A stretch of DNA of 24,000 bases. Origin: Alkaliphilus sp. NP8 (lineage in GTDB: Bacteria; Bacillota; Clostridia; Peptostreptococcales; Natronincolaceae). The first letter of the stretch is position 1. Every line of letters begins with the position of its first letter. The stretch covers positions 9,382 to 33,381 of the forward strand of contig JADWMM010000001.1 in the NCBI GenBank assembly GCA_015978205.1, in the 5' to 3' direction. Below the pieces are notes generated by a model. The model was not told where the DNA came from. It saw nothing but the letters and a program-made list of their open reading frames with translations, and did not search any database. Positions 17,957 to 24,000 of this stretch are shown piece by piece. A program made the position numbers and the translations under genes.

Positions 17957-18418
17957 TTAAACCTCTCTTACTTTTATGTTGTTGTTCTTGTAAAACATTA
18001 GTGCAATTATTACTAAATATAGAATTAAGGATGGAAGTCCCCAAAGTGTTTTAATTAAAATGCTACTAGTTAGACTATCAAATGAAATTTTAAGTATATT
18101 TTCTATAAAATAAAAGTTAGCTAAATCGCAGATAACTAATGTAAACATAGATAATAATGCAGACGAAATAGCATTAAATAAATTAATTTTATTTATATTA
18201 ACTAATAATATAATATTAGCAACTATAATAATAATAGTATGAACCCCAAAATCGACAGGTAAGAATCTTACTAAATAAGTAGTTATACCTAATATAATTC
18301 CTGATACTAAAATTTTATTTTTATCTATTTTCATTTTAGAAAATACATAACCTGCTAAAATTAATATTATTCCCTCTGGAACTGTTCTCAAAATCAACTC
18401 GGTTAACGTTAACTGCAA
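17957..18418 (-). CDS. Hypothetical 5-TM membrane protein, first gene of the agr operon
   Basis: 153 aa. TTG start 9 nt after GAGGGAGG. Its stop is 1 nt from the agrB ATG. I recognise no motif. Confidence 0.7.
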   Translation of the reverse strand: MQLTLTELILRTVPEGIILILAGYVFSKMKIDKNKILVSGIILGITTYLVRFLPVDFGVHTIIIIVANIILLVNINKINLFNAISSALLSMFTLVICDLANFYFIENILKISFDSLTSSILIKTLWGLPSLILYLVIIALMFYKNNNIKVREV

Positions 18419-18465
18419 AGTACAGTGCCTCCCTCATTTTTATCTTTGTAGTTGTAACTTTACTA

Positions 18466-18505
18466 ATATTCGCTACATTTATTCAATATTCGCTACATTT
18501 ATTCA
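18466..18505 (-). promoter_or_regulatory. Perfect 20-bp tandem direct repeat in the agr promoter region (candidate response-regulator site overlapping a -35)
   Basis: ATATTCGCTACATTTATTCA x2 on the plus strand, which reads TGAATAAATGTAGCGAATAT x2 in the direction of transcription. Lies 48-87 nt upstream of the TTG start. A possible promoter TTGAAT-18 nt-TAAAGT begins in the proximal copy. Confidence 0.55.
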
Positions 18506-18540
18506 AATTCCTTCTTAATTATAAAAGATTTCATTTATAA

Positions 18541-19128
18541 TTACTTAATAACTTCATGACAGGCTCTACATCTAGCTTCATAGCTTTCATTAGCTCCTAC
18601 CATAATAGTAGGATCGTCATATTTTGCAGGCTTTCCATTAACTATTCTTTGAGTTCTAGTTGCAGGCATTTTACATTTCATGCATATAGCCGTAAGCTTT
18701 GTTACATTTTCTGCTATGGCCATTAAATCTGGTACTATTTTAAAAGGCTCACCTCTAAAATCCATATCAAGACCAGAACAAATGACTCTTTTATCCATAT
18801 CTGCAACTCTCTGGCAAATACCTATAATCTCTTCTTCTAAAAATTGAACTTCATCTATTGAAAGTACATCAAATTCTTCGTTAATTATATATTGTAAAAT
18901 TTCAGCGGCATTGGTTACAGAAATACATTCTAGTTTTTTTCCATTATGTGAAGTAATATGATTATCAGAATAACGATTATCGATTGCAGGTTTAAAGGAT
19001 AATACTCTTAAGTTGGCAATTTTAGCCCTATTAACCCTTCTTATTAACTCTTCACTTTTACCTGCATACATAGGGCCTACAATTATTTCAATACTACCAT
19101 TTTTGGAGTATTCGATAAAATCCATCAT
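18541..19128 (-). CDS. tdk: Thymidine kinase
   Basis: P-loop GPMYAGKS and C-terminal Zn-ribbon cysteines (CMKC...CRAC). The track start TTG 19173 precedes the RBS AAAGGAGAT. ATG 19128 lies 6 nt after that RBS (MMDFIEYSKNG...). Confidence 0.92.
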   Translation of the reverse strand: MMDFIEYSKNGSIEIIVGPMYAGKSEELIRRVNRAKIANLRVLSFKPAIDNRYSDNHITSHNGKKLECISVTNAAEILQYIINEEFDVLSIDEVQFLEEEIIGICQRVADMDKRVICSGLDMDFRGEPFKIVPDLMAIAENVTKLTAICMKCKMPATRTQRIVNGKPAKYDDPTIMVGANESYEARCRACHEVIK

Positions 19129-19227
19129 ATCTACATCTCCTTTTAATAAAAAATATTGATAAGCTACCTTCAAGATAGTAATAAACTCAAAACTGTAGCC
19201 TTTTATGTTTTACTAAATTCTGCTATA

Positions 19228-19268
19228 AAAGCAAAAATCAAGGTTAGAAAAGTTTTTTCTAACCTTGA
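19228..19268 (-). terminator. Intrinsic terminator of rpmE
   Basis: TCAAGGTTAGAAAA (19238-19251) pairs with TTTTCTAACCTTGA (19255-19268), followed by ATTTTTGCTTTT on the minus strand. Confidence 0.8.
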
Positions 19269-19290
19269 CTGAAGTCCTATATTATAGAAA

Positions 19291-19488
19291 TTACATACCG
19301 AATTTCTTTTTGAACTTTTCAACACGTCCACCTTTTTCAACATTCTTCTGCTTACCAGTGAAGAATGGGTGACACTCTGAACAAATTTCTACTCTGATTT
19401 CTTTATTTGTTGAACCAGTTTTAAATGTATTTCCGCAAGCGCAGTGAACTTCTACCTCTTGATATTCTGGATGTATACCCTTTTTCAT
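19291..19488 (-). CDS. rpmE: 50S ribosomal protein L31 (Zn-ribbon, type A)
   Basis: [22 protein letters not shown]...[13 protein letters not shown]. Start moved from 19530 to ATG 19488, which follows GAGGAGAGAGGTGAAAGTT. Confidence 0.93.
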   Translation of the reverse strand: MKKGIHPEYQEVEVHCACGNTFKTGSTNKEIRVEICSECHPFFTGKQKNVEKGGRVEKFKKKFGM

Positions 19489-19597
19489 AACTTTCACCTC
19501 TCTCCTCTTACTGTTACTATATAAAAGCATCGAAGCTGCTTTTGCAAATGTAATTTTATAAATTATAAAATATACATAGGCGAATTTTAACTACTAC

Positions 19598-19626
19598 ATT
19601 ATAGCATAAAGATTTTATGGGTGCAA
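19598..19626 (-). promoter_or_regulatory. Candidate sigma-A promoter of rpmE
   Basis: Minus strand TTGCAC (19621-19626), 17-nt spacer, TATAAT (19598-19603). Lies 16 nt downstream of the rho stop. Confidence 0.6.
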
Positions 19627-19641
19627 GAAGTTATTGAATTC

Positions 19642-21048
19642 CTATATTTTCTTCTTAAACATCTCTATGAATTCTTTATTATTCTTTGTTGTAACTAAAG
19701 AGTTTATAATCTTCTCTGTAACCTCATATATAGGACTATTACTCATAGCTCTCCTAATATTCCAAATAGTTCCAAGTTCATTCTGGCTTAATAACAATTC
19801 TTCTCTTCTAGTTCCAGATTTATTAATATCCACAGCTGGGAATATTCTCTTTTCAGATAATTTTCTATCTAAATGAAGCTCCATATTACCAGTACCCTTA
19901 AATTCTTCAAAAATAACATCGTCCATTCTACTTCCTGTATCAATTAAAGCTGTAGCAATTATCGTAAGACTTCCGCCCTCTTCAATATTTCTAGCAGCCC
20001 CAAAAAATCGTTTAGGTTTATGAAGAGCTCCTGGGTCTAACCCTCCAGAAAGAGTTCTTCCGGTAGGTGGAATAGTAAGGTTATATGCCCTAGCTAATCT
20101 AGTTATACTATCTAATAAAACTACTACATCTTTACCATGTTCTACAAGTCTTTGAGCACGATTAAGAACCATTTCTGCAACTTTAATATGGTGACTTGGT
20201 AGCTCATCAAATGTTGAATATGCTACTTCCGCATCTATAGAACGTTGCATGTCTGTTACTTCTTCTGGTCGTTCATCTATAAGAAGAACTATAATTTCCG
20301 TATCTGGGTAATTTTTAGCTACACTATTTGCAACTGTTTTTAATAAAACTGTTTTACCTGCTTTTGGCGGCGCAACAATTATACCTCTTTGTCCTTTACC
20401 AATAGGCGCAATAAGGTCAATTAATCTAGTAGATAACCCTTTTGAATTGATTTCTAAATTAATTCTTTCAGTTGGATAAATAGGGGTAAGGTTTTCAAAA
20501 TTAGGTCTTCCTCTTGATAATTCTGGATTAAGCCCATTAATACTTTTTACATAGAGAAGAGCTTTAAATTTTTCACCACTTTTAGGGGGTCTTGTAATAC
20601 CTTTTATTTCATCACCAGTTCGCATGTTAAATCGTCTAATCTGAGAAGGAGATATGTAAATATCATTATCACTCGATAGAAAGTTTTCTCTTCTTAAAAA
20701 TCCATAGCCATCAGTATGAACTTCTAATATTCCTTGTGCTATATTAACATCTTCACCTGGCGGAATTTCATCAGTTAAGTGATTAGGTAAGCCTCTTAAT
20801 TTTTTTTCTTCGGATTTTGATTTATTATTTTCATTATTCCGATTAGAGCTTTCAGTAGGTTTTTGGTTCGAAGTTTTTTTAGTAGATTTTTCCTTAACAG
20901 TAGTTTCTGTTACTTCCTTACTTTTTATTTCTTTAATTGCTTCAATTAATTCATTCTTTTTATATTTTGATAGGTTTTTAACGCCTACTTTTTTTGCTAT
21001 TTCTTTCAATTCAGCTAATTTCAGCTTATCCAAATCTGGATTATTCAA
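19642..21048 (-). CDS. rho: Transcription termination factor Rho, with an N-terminal low-complexity insertion
   Basis: 468 aa with an N-terminal helix bundle, a CSD-like RNA-binding region ([20 protein letters not shown]), Walker A PPKAGKT and Q/R loops. TTG start 7 nt after GGAGG. Confidence 0.95.
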   Translation of the reverse strand: MNNPDLDKLKLAELKEIAKKVGVKNLSKYKKNELIEAIKEIKSKEVTETTVKEKSTKKTSNQKPTESSNRNNENNKSKSEEKKLRGLPNHLTDEIPPGEDVNIAQGILEVHTDGYGFLRRENFLSSDNDIYISPSQIRRFNMRTGDEIKGITRPPKSGEKFKALLYVKSINGLNPELSRGRPNFENLTPIYPTERINLEINSKGLSTRLIDLIAPIGKGQRGIIVAPPKAGKTVLLKTVANSVAKNYPDTEIIVLLIDERPEEVTDMQRSIDAEVAYSTFDELPSHHIKVAEMVLNRAQRLVEHGKDVVVLLDSITRLARAYNLTIPPTGRTLSGGLDPGALHKPKRFFGAARNIEEGGSLTIIATALIDTGSRMDDVIFEEFKGTGNMELHLDRKLSEKRIFPAVDINKSGTRREELLLSQNELGTIWNIRRAMSNSPIYEVTEKIINSLVTTKNNKEFIEMFKKKI

Positions 21049-21126
21049 AACTACACCTCCAACACATCTTGTCTTTTAAAGCTTATAATATTAAATTAAA
21101 ATCTATACAGTTAGCATAAAACTGTA

Positions 21127-21146
21127 AGGGATGGAAAACCATCCCT
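21127..21146 (-). terminator. Probable terminator of the ABC transporter operon
   Basis: AGGGATGG-AAAA-CCATCCCT hairpin about 50 nt after the ATPase stop. The trailing T-run is weak (TACAGTTTTA). Confidence 0.5.
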
Positions 21147-21195
21147 CATCATGCTGATTGTATCATTATTAATAACTTCGGTCAATGTGTATTTT

Positions 21196-21942
21196 CTAAC
21201 TATTAATATAATTTAGGACTCTTTTACTACTAATATCACTAAAATTATTATCTTTTTTACCTTCATCAATTAGCTTACCATTTTCTATAAACAGCACTCT
21301 ATGAGATACACGTTTTGCAAAAGCCATATCATGAGTTATTATTAAAATTGCCATGTTTTTTTCAGCTAAATCATCTATAATATTAGCAATACCTTCTCTC
21401 ATTTCAGGATCTAATGCAGAAGTGGGCTCATCAAAGCATATTAGTTTTGGATCTAAAGCACAAGACCTTGCAATTGCAACTCTTTGCTTCTGCCCACCAG
21501 ATAATTGAAAAGGATAAGCAGATGCTTTTGTCTCTAATCCTAAATCATACAATAAAGCCTCAGCTTTTTCTGCAGCAGCTTTTTTATTCATTTTCAAAAC
21601 ACTTCTAGGAGCTTCTATAATATTTTCCATAACATTCATATGTGGAAACAAATTAAAGCTTTGGAATACAATTCCTACTTTCTTTCTTATAGATTTATTT
21701 TGTTTTTTACTACAGTATTCAATACCTTCTACATTATTCTTACATAAAAAATCTCCATCTATTTCTATTGACCCTTTGTCGGCATCTTCAAGTCCATTTA
21801 CAGCTCTTAATAAAGTGGTTTTGCCAGCACCAGAAGGGCCTATTATAGTAACTATTTCACCTTTGTTCACTTTAAAATTTATATTATTTAATACAGTATT
21901 ACCATCAAAGCTTTTATATAAACCTTCTACTTTTAAACTCAT
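21196..21942 (-). CDS. Polar amino-acid ABC transporter, ATP-binding protein
   Basis: Walker A GPSGAGKTT, signature LSGGQKQR, Walker B LICFDEPTSALD, H-loop ITHD. GlnQ/HisP-like length. Confidence 0.92.
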   Translation of the reverse strand: MSLKVEGLYKSFDGNTVLNNINFKVNKGEIVTIIGPSGAGKTTLLRAVNGLEDADKGSIEIDGDFLCKNNVEGIEYCSKKQNKSIRKKVGIVFQSFNLFPHMNVMENIIEAPRSVLKMNKKAAAEKAEALLYDLGLETKASAYPFQLSGGQKQRVAIARSCALDPKLICFDEPTSALDPEMREGIANIIDDLAEKNMAILIITHDMAFAKRVSHRVLFIENGKLIDEGKKDNNFSDISSKRVLNYINS

Positions 21943-21964
21943 TTCTAACCCTCCTGATCATATA

Positions 21965-22606
21965 TTATTTATAATAAGAATACCTTTGCTCTAAACGTTT
22001 AAACCCTTCAGTTAAAAGCATTACAATTAAAAGATAAATTGTTCCAACTGCTACAAAAGGAATAAGGGAAGCATCTCTATTAGATGCTATTTTCCCTGCT
22101 CTTAAAAGCTCCCCTAAACCTACAACATATACTAAAGATGTATCCTTTACTAAATTAATAACCTCGTTTCCCACAGAGGGTAAAACCCTTTTAATTACCT
22201 GAGGTAATATTATTTTAGTAATTGTTCTTACTTTACTTAATCCTAAAACTATAGCTCCTTCGTATTGGCCTATTTCTATAGAATCTATTCCACCTCTAAA
22301 AATTTCTGCAAAATAAGCAGCATAGTTTAATATAAATGCTACAAGAGCCGCCGTGTTTCTATCTAATGCTATTCCTATATAAGGAAGACCGAAGAATACA
22401 AATACTAATTGAAGCATTAAAGGTGTACCCCTCATAACTAGAATGTAACTTTGTATTGTTTTACTTATTACTTTTATATTAGAAAGCCTTCCAAAGGCTA
22501 CCACAACTCCTAAAGGTATAGAAATTAAAAGTGTTATTATAAAAATTTCTAAAGTTGTAGTAAGTCCTGATATTAGAGAAGGCAAAAGTGAATTTATATA
22601 CGCCAT
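21965..22606 (-). CDS. Polar amino-acid ABC transporter permease (His/Glu/Gln/Arg/opine family)
   Basis: 213 aa, about 5 TM, with an EAA-loop-like EGAIVLGLSKVRTITKIILPQ. Confidence 0.9.
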   Translation of the reverse strand: MAYINSLLPSLISGLTTTLEIFIITLLISIPLGVVVAFGRLSNIKVISKTIQSYILVMRGTPLMLQLVFVFFGLPYIGIALDRNTAALVAFILNYAAYFAEIFRGGIDSIEIGQYEGAIVLGLSKVRTITKIILPQVIKRVLPSVGNEVINLVKDTSLVYVVGLGELLRAGKIASNRDASLIPFVAVGTIYLLIVMLLTEGFKRLEQRYSYYK

Positions 22607-22659
22607 TTTCTATACCTCCTAATGTGGATATCTAGTATTATATTTACAGTAGTTATAAC

Positions 22660-23520
22660 TTAATTCTCACTAAACCATTTGCTATATACTTCATCGTAAG
22701 ATCCATCTGCTTTCATTTCATCTAAGATATCATTTAATAATTTTAAAAGTTCTGTATCTGACTTTCTAACTCCTATTCCATATTCTTCTTTCCCAAAGTC
22801 ATCTTCTAACACCTTATATTTTTCTTCTCCTCTTTGTTTAACGTAGTATCTAGCTAATACTTCATCAGCTACTACTGCATCACTTCTTTTAGCCTCTAAG
22901 TCCATAAAAGCCTCGTTATTAGTATCGAATAATACAGGCTCTCCACTATCAAATTCTGATACTATATCTGGATATTTCATTATTGCATCTAAAGTACTTG
23001 ATCCATTTTGTACAGCTACTTTCTTATTCTTTAAATTTTCTTTTACTTTTATATCTGAATTCGCTAACGTTATAGTTATTTGCTTGTTTTCAAGATAGGG
23101 CTGAGTAAATGAAACTTTTTCTTTTCTTTCTTCAGTAATTGAATATCCATTCCAAATTAAATCTATGTTTCCTGAGTTAAGCTCTGTTTCTTTCATAGAC
23201 CAATCAATTGGCTGAAATTCAACTTCTAATCCTGCTCTATTAAAAACCTCTCTAGCTAAATCAACATCAAATCCAACTAATTCTCCACTACCATCCCTAA
23301 AACCCATAGGTGCAAATGTATCATCAAGGCCCATTACTATATATCCTCTTTCTTTTATACCATCTAAATCTGTACTAATTGTAATATTATTACTACCACA
23401 TGCAGAAAGTAGTAAAATTCCTACTAATATTATTGATATAAAACTATATCTTTTTATAAAACTTTTACTAAATCTATCTTTGCTATTATTAACAATGTTT
23501 TTTTCAGTGCTTTTTTTCAT
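22660..23520 (-). CDS. Amino-acid ABC transporter substrate-binding lipoprotein
   Basis: Signal peptide with lipobox LLSAC, then a family-3 SBP fold signature (GFDVDLA...IDLIWNG). Start moved from 23541 to ATG 23520 because AAAGGAGAG lies inside the called N-terminus. Confidence 0.88.
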   Translation of the reverse strand: MKKSTEKNIVNNSKDRFSKSFIKRYSFISIILVGILLLSACGSNNITISTDLDGIKERGYIVMGLDDTFAPMGFRDGSGELVGFDVDLAREVFNRAGLEVEFQPIDWSMKETELNSGNIDLIWNGYSITEERKEKVSFTQPYLENKQITITLANSDIKVKENLKNKKVAVQNGSSTLDAIMKYPDIVSEFDSGEPVLFDTNNEAFMDLEAKRSDAVVADEVLARYYVKQRGEEKYKVLEDDFGKEEYGIGVRKSDTELLKLLNDILDEMKADGSYDEVYSKWFSEN

Positions 23521-23654
23521 AACATTTTCTCTCCTTTTCATATACGGTGTATAACCTTATACACTTAGTACATTTTGATTTTTAATTTTTGCTTCAGCGC
23601 TGAAAACATGTGTCTAATCTCCTGTTCTGCAGAAACATTCATCAATTAGAGTAA

Positions 23655-23938
23655 ATAAAAAAACTCCCGCCTCTAGCTTAAAGCTAGAGGACGAGAGTTA
23701 TACTCACGTGGTCCCACCTCTTTTTATTGATACTTCACAGTATCAGTCTCTTCAGGTACGGCAATATTTTATTGCTTATACCCTAGCACGATAACGGGTG
23801 CAAAGTTCCCGATGCAGCCTACTACCCTAAGGGTTCAGTGCATAGCTCAGAGATGTGTTCAAAATATTTCCTTATGCCCCTCTCACCAACCGGGAACTCT
23901 CTGTAAAAGGATGGATATTCCTACTATTTCTCTTCAAC
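23655..23938 (-). promoter_or_regulatory. T-box riboswitch leader; specifier most likely CAC (His)
   Basis: On the minus strand, stem I has a K-turn base (UGA-AGAGA...UCUCU-GA) and a specifier loop with 5' AAUAGUA and 3' UUGAA-CAC-A (codon at 23855-23857). Also present are the AGAGA bulge, the GGUUGGUGAGAG distal loop, the T-box AAAAGAGGUGGGACCACGUGA (about 23704-23724), and the terminator CUCUCGUCCUCUAGCUU/AAGCUAGAGGCGGGAG plus U7 (23657-23697). Confidence 0.8.
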
Positions 23939-24000
23939 ACTTTTAAAATAAAAGATTTATTCTATTTGATTAAATATATTAAACTATTGTAACAAATATG

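Noticed and set aside
15401-18540. The agr/GGDEF region as a horizontally acquired genomic island
   Set aside because: It has no flanking tRNA, integrase, transposase or direct repeats. It shares strand orientation with its housekeeping neighbours (tdk, leuS). It looks somewhat more AT-rich by eye, but I cannot quantify this, and membrane proteins are AT-rich in this codon usage anyway.
20758-20922. Prion-forming domain in Rho, by analogy with C. botulinum Rho
   Set aside because: The insertion is short (about 50 aa) and dominated by K/E/S/T with few N and almost no Q. Its high charge density argues against an amyloid or prion-like segment. I report it only as a low-complexity insertion.
17684-21994. 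Plus-strand ORFs 17684..17866, 19634..19876, 21414..21608 and 21776..21994
   Set aside because: They are antisense to agrB, rho and the ABC ATPase/permease respectively. None has an RBS or a recognisable motif.

Overview
This is a low-GC Firmicutes chromosomal segment whose gene content and order are typical of Clostridium sensu stricto. It covers the conserved block tagO/wecA-like, comEB, upp, rpiB, ywlE, sua5 ... prfA, prmC ... leuS ... tdk, rpmE, rho. All 24 convincing protein genes lie on the minus strand, which fits leading-strand co-orientation. The only plus-strand candidate is a doubtful 53-codon ORF.

Most of the window is housekeeping: nucleotide salvage, translation factors, leuS behind a Leu T-box, rho, and a polar amino-acid ABC importer behind a second T-box whose specifier reads CAC (His).

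Four parts are not routine.

1. An agr-type quorum-sensing cassette at about 17.1-18.5 kb. It consists of a 5-TM membrane protein, AgrB, and a 45-codon AgrD that the ORF track missed. No agrC or agrA is in the window. A perfect 20-bp tandem repeat sits in its promoter. A 6-TM GGDEF + HD-GYP c-di-GMP enzyme follows directly downstream.
2. A translationally coupled module of membrane-anchored FHA protein, SEDS (FtsW/RodA) and class B PBP. The SEDS protein carries an unusual acidic insertion of about 55 aa that contains Thr residues.
3. A 246-bp imperfect-palindromic, MITE-like element inside the prfA 3' UTR, with a solo copy of its terminus 3 kb away.
4. Several small regulatory oddities: a 24-bp tandem duplication upstream of the ZIP transporter, an rpmE leader, and a low-complexity insertion in Rho.

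I revised several ORF-track starts because a strong RBS lies inside the called N-terminus: upp, prfA, rpmE, tdk, the substrate-binding protein and the PBP. A truncated gene at the left edge (1..922) is absent from the track.

I saw no rRNA, tRNA, CRISPR array, transposase or integrase. All calls come from reading motifs and translating by eye. No database search was run.
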